Assembly: GCA_038061795.1 (NCBI GenBank)
Contig: JBBTYL010000001.1
Coordinates: 65,801 to 129,800 of the forward strand
Length of the DNA: 64,000 nt
From: Patescibacteria group bacterium
Lineage (GTDB): Bacteria; Patescibacteriota; Minisyncoccia; Phycocordibacterales; PALSA-1337
Reading direction: 5' to 3'
Shown here: piece after piece, positions 47,110 to 55,040 of the stretch
Layout of the letters: each line of letters starts with the position of its first letter
How positions within the stretch are numbered: position 1 is the stretch's first letter
Translations under genes and position numbers: made by a program
Notes under the pieces: model-generated
Told to the model about the DNA's origin: nothing
What the model saw: only the letters and a program-made list of their open reading frames with translations
The model's database searches: none

Positions 47110-48159
47110 ATGATCATCCTAGAAAGAATATTTTCACGCGAAAAAAGCTTCTTCTATTTCCAACTGTGGAATGACAGCGACCGTCTCGGTTATTCACGAT
47201 TTCTTGACTATCAAGTAAAGAACAGTGCTTTCACTATTCTTCCGCCAGGGCAAAAGGGTTCCGTCTGGTATGACCCAGCTGAAATGAAACAGATTATTGA
47301 ACAGATAAAGAAATACCTAATTCCAAATGAAGTGGTTATTTCTGATCTCAAGAGTACGCTTGATGAGCATTGGCCATTTCTTCTGCCGTATCTGAAGAAG
47401 GAAAAAGAAGTTGAAAGTGGAGAAGAGCTTTCTGAATACTATGAACATTTGCTTGGATGGTGGTCAGCTTTTACCGCCGTTTTCTTTTTACCTGATTTAC
47501 CAGAAGCTCCGAAAGAATTCAATGAGTACCTTTTAGCATATCGAGCAGAATCTGAGAAATATACAGAACAAATGAATAAGGTTTTTGTTAATGCATGGAA
47601 TAAGCTTATGCCGAAGCATGCTGATTTGACCCATTTTATCTCTCCTTACGAGGCAGTGAAAGTGCTTTGCAATGATTCCGATAGCGAGAAAATCACTTCT
47701 GATGTCAGGCGAAGAATCAATGGCTTCGGCATGCTTAATGAAAAGATCTATGCAAATCTTGATGAATTTAATGTCGCTCTTTCAAAGGCAGGACTCTCAA
47801 TCGATGATGGTGATGCAAAAGGTATTAAAGAGGTGAAGGGAACTGTTTCATATAGGAATAAGGAGAAGATGAAGATTCAAGGAAAGGTAAGGGTGATTGT
47901 AAGTTTTGCTGACATGCCATCATTTCAGGATGGAGAAATACTTGTTACAGAAATGACAAACCCGGATTATGTGCCTATTATGAAAAAGGCTGGAGCTGTG
48001 ATTACAGACGAGGGAGGAATGACTTGTCATGCATCGATTGCTTCACGTGAACTTCAGGTTTCTTGTATTGTGGGAACAAAGATAGCGAGTAAGGCGTTTA
48101 AAACTGGCGATATGCTTGAAATTGATATGGAAAAGGGCGTCGCTAGAATACTGAAATAA
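47110..48159 (+). CDS. Swivel-domain paralog S7 (short class)
   Basis: 349 aa. C-terminus: KIQGKVRVIV..GEILVTEMTNPDYVPIMKKAGAVITDEGGMTCHASIASRELQVSCIVGTKIASKAFKTGDMLEIDMEKGVARILK. Confidence 0.85.
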   Translation: MIILERIFSREKSFFYFQLWNDSDRLGYSRFLDYQVKNSAFTILPPGQKGSVWYDPAEMKQIIEQIKKYLIPNEVVISDLKSTLDEHWPFLLPYLKKEKEVESGEELSEYYEHLLGWWSAFTAVFFLPDLPEAPKEFNEYLLAYRAESEKYTEQMNKVFVNAWNKLMPKHADLTHFISPYEAVKVLCNDSDSEKITSDVRRRINGFGMLNEKIYANLDEFNVALSKAGLSIDDGDAKGIKEVKGTVSYRNKEKMKIQGKVRVIVSFADMPSFQDGEILVTEMTNPDYVPIMKKAGAVITDEGGMTCHASIASRELQVSCIVGTKIASKAFKTGDMLEIDMEKGVARILK

Positions 48160-48160
48160 C

Positions 48161-49234
48161 ATGCAACACGACCTTGTACAATTTGCAGAACGGAAGATGC
48201 CTCTGTTCAATCTAGTCATATCCCTATGGCAGCACAATTTGGTTTTGATAGAAACTATTGGAATTGGTTTTACGAAGTCTGTCTTCGTCCACAAGCATGG
48301 CATGTGCGAGCTCAATGTCTCTCAGAAAGAAATGGATGCGATAGCAGAACGAGTGCAGAAGCTCATCAAGAATGGCGAGCCGTCATTCAAAGTATGGTAT
48401 GAGAAGGCTAAAGGCTTGAATAAGGAAGCTGATAAGCTCCTTGATCAATACAAGGGAAAGAGCTTCAATATAGATAGAAAGTCGTACGGACCGGTACTCA
48501 AACATTTTAAGGAAAATTTTGGTTATTGCACCATACTGCCATACTGGATACTTTATGGTATAGAGAAAGCTTTAGAAAAAGGCGAGTCAGAGGAAATATT
48601 TGCTGAGGTGCTTTCTATGTACGAAGAATTGAAGGGTCAGACCCGCTACCCGCAGCTCGGCCAGATGGTCATAGATAGGTATTTCGAAGAAGCAGCAGAG
48701 ATCATGGATGTAGATGATGAGCAGGCGTCATATCTTCATCCTGATGAGCTCAAGAGAATCCTTGAAGGAGAGGAGGATCCTGTGCCTCCTGTCGAATTGG
48801 TCAAAAGGATGAGTTGGTGTGCACTTACGCTTGGCAAAAAGCCATATGAGGTGAAATTCAGCTACGAGCAAAAGGAATTTTCGAACATGGAGTCTTCTCA
48901 TGATTTAAATGTTAAAGAAGTGAAGGGAACAGTAGCCTACAAAGGGGTTGTGCGAGGTACAGTAAAAATCGTGAATACAATGGATGATCTAAAGAAGTTT
49001 AACGAAGGGGATGTACTTATTTCTATCCAATCAAGCCCCTCGCTTATGTCAGGAATTTTGCGTTGCTCAGCTCTGGTCACGGATGAAGGCGGTCTCGCTT
49101 GTCATGCCTCGATTATTTCTCGAGAACTCAAGAAGCCGTGCGTCATCGGTACGAAAATCGCAACCAAGGTATTTAAGGATGGGGATATAGTGGAAGTTGA
49201 TGCAGAAAAAGGAATTGTGAGTATAATTGGATAA
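48161..49234 (+). CDS. Swivel-domain paralog S8 (short class)
   Basis: 357 aa. Junction AAATAACATG. C-terminus: GVVRGTVKIV..GDVLISIQSSPSLMSGILRCSALVTDEGGLACHASIISRELKKPCVIGTKIATKVFKDGDIVEVDAEKGIVSIIG. Confidence 0.85.
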   Translation: MQHDLVQFAERKMPLFNLVISLWQHNLVLIETIGIGFTKSVFVHKHGMCELNVSQKEMDAIAERVQKLIKNGEPSFKVWYEKAKGLNKEADKLLDQYKGKSFNIDRKSYGPVLKHFKENFGYCTILPYWILYGIEKALEKGESEEIFAEVLSMYEELKGQTRYPQLGQMVIDRYFEEAAEIMDVDDEQASYLHPDELKRILEGEEDPVPPVELVKRMSWCALTLGKKPYEVKFSYEQKEFSNMESSHDLNVKEVKGTVAYKGVVRGTVKIVNTMDDLKKFNEGDVLISIQSSPSLMSGILRCSALVTDEGGLACHASIISRELKKPCVIGTKIATKVFKDGDIVEVDAEKGIVSIIG

Positions 49235-50314
49235 ATGAAACCAGAGTTTAAATATTCGGAATATCAGCAGCTTTTTTCAACAAATGGGATGTCATATCTC
49301 ACCTCGGATATTTTCATGGGTTACTACAAAGCTCTTGGAGGTATGACCATTTTCCTGAATGATAAATGGACAAGCTTTTTGCCAAAAGAGACAATCACAA
49401 GAACTTTGCAGGAAGGTGTCAGAATTCTTAGTGATGAAGAGCTTTTTGGAAGTCTGAAGAAGGATTTGGATGATTATTACAAGGACGCGAATGTTTTCTT
49501 TGAAAAAACTCTAGCCAATGAAAAATTATCGCTTGAGCAATGCCAAGCGATTCTAGATACGCTTACTAAGAATTACAATTCTTATTCCAAGACCGAATTC
49601 TTTTATGTAGATGAAGCATATCGACTTAAAGATCAGAATCCTATCATCGCAAAAAATCTAAAGGAATTCGAATCAATAAAGAATAGCAGCCGCGCAAGGA
49701 CTAACGCTATCTTTTTTATGCCTGGTTCGCACAGAAAAACATTTCTAAAAAAAATATCAGTCCAATTTGATATATCGCTTGAACATATTTCTTCATATGG
49801 GAAATCTGATATTTTGAATCTGTTTTCTGGCATCAAGTTGTCAGAAGAAGATATAAAAGAGCGAGAAAGTTCATATTTAATGTGCGGTAAAACAGGAGAG
49901 GTAGTGTATCTTCAAGGAGAAGAAGCCAAAGAAGTGATAACAGGATTTATGTCAGGTGAAAAGAAAGAAGATGTGTTGAAGGGGATAATTGTCTCTAAGG
50001 GTAAAGTGACTGCTCCGGTAACAGTCATAAGGTTTGGTAATAATGCTTTCAGTAGATTGTCAGAAACTATTGCCAAAATGCCGCAAGGGAACATTCTTGT
50101 TGCAGACACAACAGGACCAGAATTGCTGTTAGCTTGCAAGAAGGCTTCTGCCATCCTCACGAATCAGGGAGGAATGATGTCCCATGCGGCAATAGTCAGT
50201 AGGGAATTGAACATACCTTGTATTGTTGGATTGAAAACAGCAACAGACTTGTTAAAGGACGGTGATGTGGTCGAAGTGGATGCTGAGAAGGGGGAAGTTA
50301 AACTTTTGAAGTAA
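49235..50314 (+). CDS. Swivel-domain paralog S9 (short class, S9-S11 subfamily)
   Basis: 359 aa. Starts immediately after the S8 stop. Central YSKTEFFYVDEAY motif. C-terminus: GNILVADTTGPELLLACKKASAILTNQGGMMSHAAIVSRELNIPCIVGLKTATDLLKDGDVVEVDAEKGEVKLLK. Confidence 0.85.
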   Translation: MKPEFKYSEYQQLFSTNGMSYLTSDIFMGYYKALGGMTIFLNDKWTSFLPKETITRTLQEGVRILSDEELFGSLKKDLDDYYKDANVFFEKTLANEKLSLEQCQAILDTLTKNYNSYSKTEFFYVDEAYRLKDQNPIIAKNLKEFESIKNSSRARTNAIFFMPGSHRKTFLKKISVQFDISLEHISSYGKSDILNLFSGIKLSEEDIKERESSYLMCGKTGEVVYLQGEEAKEVITGFMSGEKKEDVLKGIIVSKGKVTAPVTVIRFGNNAFSRLSETIAKMPQGNILVADTTGPELLLACKKASAILTNQGGMMSHAAIVSRELNIPCIVGLKTATDLLKDGDVVEVDAEKGEVKLLK

Positions 50315-50318
50315 ATCT

Positions 50319-51395
50319 ATGAATTTAAATGTAAAAGATTACGCTCGAGCATTTCAATTTAAGATGCACCCGCCTTTCTTGATTGTGGATTTATTTGCTA
50401 AAGGATATAGGAACGTCGATCATGTAATGATTAGCCAGGATGGTTGGTTTACAACTTATATTTCGAAGGAATCAATCAAGCAGACATCAAAAATTGGAAT
50501 TGAAATTTATAGTAACAAGTCAAATTTCCAGAAGCTTATTGATGAGTCAAATACGTATGAAAAAGGCTCGGAGGAATATTTTAAATACCTGCTGACCAAA
50601 AAATCATTAAATTTAGATGAAACCAAGCGTTTTTTTGATGTTATTGTTGAATTTTGGACACATTTTCAAAAAACCGAATTCATTTATTTGGACAGTGCTT
50701 TTGAATTTTCAAAAAATGATGCAATTACAGCTGAGAATTTAAAGAGTTTCGGCGAATTTAAGTATCATGCAAGAGGCTATATGAACCTTGTTCTATATTC
50801 AGGACCAAAGTATTTTGAATCGGTGCTTCGTATCCTTAGCGAGCAATTCAAGATTGATTATGAAACTATTTCAAATTACTCGCAGAAGGAGATTATAGAT
50901 CTGTATTCCCAAAAAATAACAGGTAAAGACAAGATTCAAAGTATAAAAAACTCGTATTCAATTATTTATCTTAATCAAAAGGATTCCTTTTTGTTTGGAA
51001 TTGATTCCCGATCATTCGTATCAGCGTTTATCTCCAATTTTGAGTCTGGTATAGAATTGAAAGGTAGGACAGCTTGCAAGGGCAAGGTACGTGGAAAAGT
51101 GCGTATAATTATCATTGACGGTTTTGATAAATTTAATGATCTTTTGATTCAGATTGAAAAAATGAAAAAAGGAGAAATCTTAGTGACAGAGACAACAACT
51201 CCAGAATTCACTCCTGCGTGTTCGAAGGCTACAGCTATATTGACTGCACAGGGAGGAATGATGTCTCACGCTGCTATCATTAGCCGAGAGCTAAAAATAC
51301 CATGTATAGTTGGTATTCATAATATACTTAAAGTACTAAAGACCGGGGACATGGTTGAAGTAGATGCAGAAAAGGGAATAGTGAGGAAAATATAA
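50319..51395 (+). CDS. Swivel-domain paralog S10 (short class, S9-S11 subfamily)
   Basis: 358 aa. Central FQKTEFIYLDSAF motif. C-terminus: GEILVTETTTPEFTPACSKATAILTAQGGMMSHAAIISRELKIPCIVGIHNILKVLKTGDMVEVDAEKGIVRKI. Confidence 0.85.
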   Translation: MNLNVKDYARAFQFKMHPPFLIVDLFAKGYRNVDHVMISQDGWFTTYISKESIKQTSKIGIEIYSNKSNFQKLIDESNTYEKGSEEYFKYLLTKKSLNLDETKRFFDVIVEFWTHFQKTEFIYLDSAFEFSKNDAITAENLKSFGEFKYHARGYMNLVLYSGPKYFESVLRILSEQFKIDYETISNYSQKEIIDLYSQKITGKDKIQSIKNSYSIIYLNQKDSFLFGIDSRSFVSAFISNFESGIELKGRTACKGKVRGKVRIIIIDGFDKFNDLLIQIEKMKKGEILVTETTTPEFTPACSKATAILTAQGGMMSHAAIISRELKIPCIVGIHNILKVLKTGDMVEVDAEKGIVRKI

Positions 51396-51403
51396 AAAAA
51401 TAA

Positions 51404-51431
51404 AACCCAGCGACTACTCTGGGTTTTGGTG
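51404..51431. terminator. Bidirectional intrinsic terminator at the end of array block B
   Basis: ACCCAG-CGACTACT-CTGGGT followed by TTTTGG on the plus strand. An A-rich tract upstream gives TTTTATTTTTTT on the minus strand. Confidence 0.8.
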
Positions 51432-51467
51432 ATTGTTTGTTTACAGCCGTAGTCGGCTGGATCCGGG

Positions 51468-51944
51468 TTACAGATGTGGAGGGCGGTCTGCGGGATGTAC
51501 AGGCGGCGGGAAGTAACGCGCGACGACGCGATACATGGAACCCATAATCGCCATCATGGTTTCCTCATAGTCCTGGGCGAAATGCACAGGCCACGGATTG
51601 CTGATCCGCGCGTTGCAGATCTTGCTGAGGGGAACACCCATGCTCATCACCTCGCCGGCGAGGGTATCGGTCGCACAGACGATGAGATCGTAATTGGCGA
51701 AATCACCTTGTACCGTTACCCGCCGCCGATTGTGGCAGGAAATGTCCAGCCCGATCAGTTTCGCGGCTGCAACACCGAATTCGGCTGCCGGGCCGCCTTT
51801 CGCAGCACTTTCGCCGACGCCGGCGCTTTCGACAATGACTTGGTGCCCTGCATTTTCGAGGAGCATACCGAGGACGGCGGCCATAACTGGTGACCGATCA
51901 CTGTTTCCGATGCAAACGCAAAGGACTTTCTGGATTTTTTTCAT
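51468..51944 (-). CDS. Low-molecular-weight phosphotyrosine phosphatase / ArsC-fold protein
   Basis: 158 aa. N-terminal P-loop VLCVCIGNSDRSP (C-x5-R-S). Strikingly G+C-rich relative to the flanks. Confidence 0.75.
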   Translation of the reverse strand: MKKIQKVLCVCIGNSDRSPVMAAVLGMLLENAGHQVIVESAGVGESAAKGGPAAEFGVAAAKLIGLDISCHNRRRVTVQGDFANYDLIVCATDTLAGEVMSMGVPLSKICNARISNPWPVHFAQDYEETMMAIMGSMYRVVARYFPPPVHPADRPPHL

Positions 51945-52002
51945 GATGGAATATCCGTAGTTGTTGTTTCTTGTTGTGAAGGACGATTGTGCTAACTTTT
52001 AC

Positions 52003-52031
52003 ATAATAGCACAGTTAATGAATAAAGTCAA
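52003..52031 (-). promoter_or_regulatory. Sigma70-type promoter for the LMW-PTP gene
   Basis: Minus strand TTGACT-TTATTCATTAACTGTGC-TATTAT (17-nt spacer), about 60 nt upstream of the ATG at 51944. Confidence 0.5.
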
Positions 52032-52043
52032 TAATACGTAATA

Positions 52044-52075
52044 AAACAAGGCCTCGCAGATGAACTGCGGGGCCT
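52044..52075 (-). terminator. Intrinsic terminator of the 52099-52719 gene
   Basis: Minus strand GGCCCCGCAG-TTCAT-CTGCGAGGCC followed by TTGTTTT. Confidence 0.75.
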
Positions 52076-52098
52076 GTTGTGAAAACCGAACCGATCAA

Positions 52099-52719
52099 TC
52101 AATATAAATGTACTTTCGTCGAGACGACGGAATCGTCTTCGAAGACAAACTCAATCGCTTGGCAGTACTCGACATGAGTACGAAGCGTAGTGCCCGTCGC
52201 ACACCATTCTGCGAGTGGGATGAGCGGAATGTGACTAATCGCGGCCGCGTTTTGCTTGTTCGGAAGCTGCGTCGCGATTGTCTTCACTGCTTGAAACGTA
52301 CGAAGGGCTTGGGTTCTTATGAGGTCTGGCATGATTTTGAGGAACCCTGGAGCGTCCAGCAACGGTGGCTTGGCTGGATCAGCCTGCGCCAACCGCCACC
52401 GTTCATATCCCGCCTCCCATTCTCCGATCCTGCTCGGGCCAAGCATGAGGTTATCGCTCATGGGGGCAAGGTCTGGACTTGATTTTGTTGTAAGTTCCCA
52501 AAGGATCTCACATGTCTGCACTGCTCGTGTAAGTGCCGAATGCCAGTAGCGGTGGAAAACGATGCCTTCCTTGGCGAAGTAGTCCGCTGCAACCTGTATT
52601 CTTTGGCTTGAGCCGGGCTTAAGTGGCGCCTTAGGTTGCCAGATGCCCGCACCCGGGCTTTCATCTTTTTCCTGTTCAGCGTGTCGAATGAGGAATACCG
52701 ATCTCTTCATACTTTTCAC
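52099..52719 (-). CDS. Histidine-phosphatase superfamily (PGAM/SixA-like) protein
   Basis: 206 aa. VFLIRHAEQ (RHxE catalytic motif), HSALTRAVQT, and a distal His (AISHIPLI). A TTGACA-N17-TATGAT promoter lies at 52769-52797 on the minus strand. Confidence 0.7.
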   Translation of the reverse strand: MKSMKRSVFLIRHAEQEKDESPGAGIWQPKAPLKPGSSQRIQVAADYFAKEGIVFHRYWHSALTRAVQTCEILWELTTKSSPDLAPMSDNLMLGPSRIGEWEAGYERWRLAQADPAKPPLLDAPGFLKIMPDLIRTQALRTFQAVKTIATQLPNKQNAAAISHIPLIPLAEWCATGTTLRTHVEYCQAIEFVFEDDSVVSTKVHLY

Positions 52720-52850
52720 TTTCGATTTGGTTGTTTGTCGACGTTAATGTTTATGTAAACCAGTGATAATCATATCATTATAAATTAGTTATGTCAATTA
52801 ACCTCAAAACCTAGCCAATTGTAGGCAAAAGAGGCATAATTTGGTCACAC

Positions 52851-53951
52851 ATGATTTACCCAGACTTGAGGCCGCAGAATTATCAGAGGGCTTTTTTCTT
52901 TAAAAAGTTGGGCTATTTGCTTAATGATGGTTTGGTTCTTCCGCACTATAAAAAGAGAGATTTCATCGCGCTTTACTCACATGAGGCACTTGGCACATAT
53001 ATTGGAAATTCTGCAGCTGAGTGGGCTGGTCAAAACGGAAAGGATATATTCTCTAGTGAAAGGAATTTTAAAGAATTCGAAGCAGGTTTCAGAGTAACTA
53101 CCGATGAAGCTGAGAATTATATTTCCAAAGCTCAAAAGCTTACAACTGTTACATTCAACGATTTTGTAGATCTGCAATCTATTGTATGCAAGCTCTACTA
53201 TTATTTTGAAAAAACTGAATTCTTTTTTACCGATGCAAGTTATAAAGGCGAGATGTCTGAGATATTAAAGAAAAACCTACTTGTTCTCGGAGATGATTTA
53301 AAAATGAGAAGTCGACCAATTCTAGTCGAACTTATGACTTCTGTTCTCTATCATTTCGTTAGTTTAAGCTCAGTATGGTTCGGAGTAGACGAAGAAGATT
53401 TAAAGTTCTACAGCTTTGACGAAATACGAGCATTGTTTGAGCTGGAACAAAGAGTTTCTCCTGAGACGATTAAGGATAGGCAAGAATCATTTGTTCTGTA
53501 TTGTGAGGATGGAAAAATAATCTCCATTGAAGGTAAAGATAAGCGAGAAGTTCTTGAGAGATTCGAGGAAGAGGATCATTCCAATAAAAAAGAATTTAAG
53601 GGGACGGTTGCTAACAAGGGTAAGGTTACAGCTCGAGTTAGGGTTGTTTTGCCTGAATTAAACATTCCGTATCAAGAATTCGTTAAAAAACTTTATTCTA
53701 TGGAAATGAATCAGGGAGATATTCTTGTCACAGAAACAACATCACCTGATTTCGTTCCTCTTATGAAAAAAGCCGGAGGGATTATTGCTAATCAAGGAGG
53801 GCTCAATTCTCACGCAGCAATCATGTCCCGTGAGCTCGGTATTCCGTGTCTTGTTGCGACTTATCATGCGACCGATATCCTAAAGACAGGGGATATGATT
53901 GAGCTGGATGCAGAAAAGGGGATTGTCACAATTCTAAAAAATAAGCTATAA
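52851..53951 (+). CDS. Swivel-domain paralog S11 (short class, S9-S11 subfamily)
   Basis: 366 aa. Central FEKTEFFFTDASY motif. C-terminus: GDILVTETTSPDFVPLMKKAGGIIANQGGLNSHAAIMSRELGIPCLVATYHATDILKTGDMIELDAEKGIVTILKNKL. Confidence 0.85.
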   Translation: MIYPDLRPQNYQRAFFFKKLGYLLNDGLVLPHYKKRDFIALYSHEALGTYIGNSAAEWAGQNGKDIFSSERNFKEFEAGFRVTTDEAENYISKAQKLTTVTFNDFVDLQSIVCKLYYYFEKTEFFFTDASYKGEMSEILKKNLLVLGDDLKMRSRPILVELMTSVLYHFVSLSSVWFGVDEEDLKFYSFDEIRALFELEQRVSPETIKDRQESFVLYCEDGKIISIEGKDKREVLERFEEEDHSNKKEFKGTVANKGKVTARVRVVLPELNIPYQEFVKKLYSMEMNQGDILVTETTSPDFVPLMKKAGGIIANQGGLNSHAAIMSRELGIPCLVATYHATDILKTGDMIELDAEKGIVTILKNKL

Positions 53952-53984
53952 TTGTGTCAAAATGAAACAATTAGCATTGCAAAT

Positions 53985-55037
53985 ATGACACAATTAACTA
54001 ACAGACAAAAGAAAATCGTCGACTTCATTGCATCAAGGGATGCAGTTCAGAATCAAGATGTGGTCATCTTCCTGGAGGTGGATACTGATTCTGCATCGAG
54101 AGAGACCGTTGTCAGAGAACTCGCCGTGCTTGTCGATGCAGGAATAATCGAAAAAAGCGGGAAAGGACGCGCAGTGTCGTACAGGATCAGGGGAGTTCAT
54201 CCGCTGCTCAAAGCATTGGACCATGAAGAATATATTTCCAAGGAGCCGGATGTGAGATCTAAAGATGCGATCCTATTCAATCAGGAGATATTCCATAAAT
54301 TAGACGGAATATTCAGCGAAGCTGAGATTTTTGAGCTAAATAGGAAAAATGATGCATATCGGGGACGTGAGAAAAATCTAACTCCAGCCATTCTAAGAAA
54401 AGAGCTTGAGAGGATTACGATAGAATTGTCCTGGAAATCATCAAAGATCGAAGGCAATACGTATTCTTTGATAGACACTGAAATTCTTATCAAAGATAAC
54501 AAGAAAGCGTATGGACATGATGCAGATGAGGCAACGATGATTCTCAATCACAAGAAAGCCATTGATTACATATTTGACAACAGGGAAAAATTCAAGATTC
54601 TTTCCCTGAGGAATGTCGAAGATGTGCACCGAATGCTTGTGGAGGGGCTGGAAGTGAATCATGGCATACGATCAAAAGCCGTAGGCATAACCGGCACTCA
54701 ATATCGTCCGCTTGATAATCAACATCAAGTCAAGGAGGCCCTTGAAAATACAATCATTGAAATAAATAGGATGAAAGATCCCTGGAGCAAAGCCCTCATT
54801 GCTCTTATCATGATCGCCTATATCCAGCCATTTGAGGATGGAAACAAAAGGACCTCGCGCATCGTTGCAAACGCATGTCTGATCGCTCATGATGTTTGTC
54901 CGCTTTCGCTTCGCAGCATTGATGAAACCGAATACAAGAAAGCGATTACTGTATTCTACGAGCTTCAGAATGCGGCCTATATGAAAAAGCTATTCTTGGA
55001 GCAGTTTGATTTTGCAATCAAGAATTACTTTCTTTAA
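53985..55037 (+). CDS. wHTH-Fic/Doc-fold protein with atypical active-site motif (QPFEDGNKRTSR)
   Basis: The ORF is open from TTG 53952, immediately after the S11 stop; the first ATG is at 53985. N-terminal winged-helix pattern (..VVRELAVLVDAGIIEKSGKGRAVSYRI). Inhibitory-helix-like SSKIEGN (S-x-x-x-E-G). Fic core IQPFEDGNKRTSRIVAN, where canonical Fic is HxFx(D/E)GNGRxxR and Doc has NKR. The stop lies 3 nt before the S12 ATG. Confidence 0.75.
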   Translation: MTQLTNRQKKIVDFIASRDAVQNQDVVIFLEVDTDSASRETVVRELAVLVDAGIIEKSGKGRAVSYRIRGVHPLLKALDHEEYISKEPDVRSKDAILFNQEIFHKLDGIFSEAEIFELNRKNDAYRGREKNLTPAILRKELERITIELSWKSSKIEGNTYSLIDTEILIKDNKKAYGHDADEATMILNHKKAIDYIFDNREKFKILSLRNVEDVHRMLVEGLEVNHGIRSKAVGITGTQYRPLDNQHQVKEALENTIIEINRMKDPWSKALIALIMIAYIQPFEDGNKRTSRIVANACLIAHDVCPLSLRSIDETEYKKAITVFYELQNAAYMKKLFLEQFDFAIKNYFL

Positions 55038-55040
55038 GCC

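Noticed and set aside
44873-52482. Plus-strand ORFs of 124-151 aa inside the phosphatase genes (44873-45328, 51474-51893, 52108-52482).
   Set aside because: They are antisense to ORFs carrying clear catalytic motifs (RH...H, C-x5-R-S). Long shadow ORFs are expected in G+C-rich sequence.
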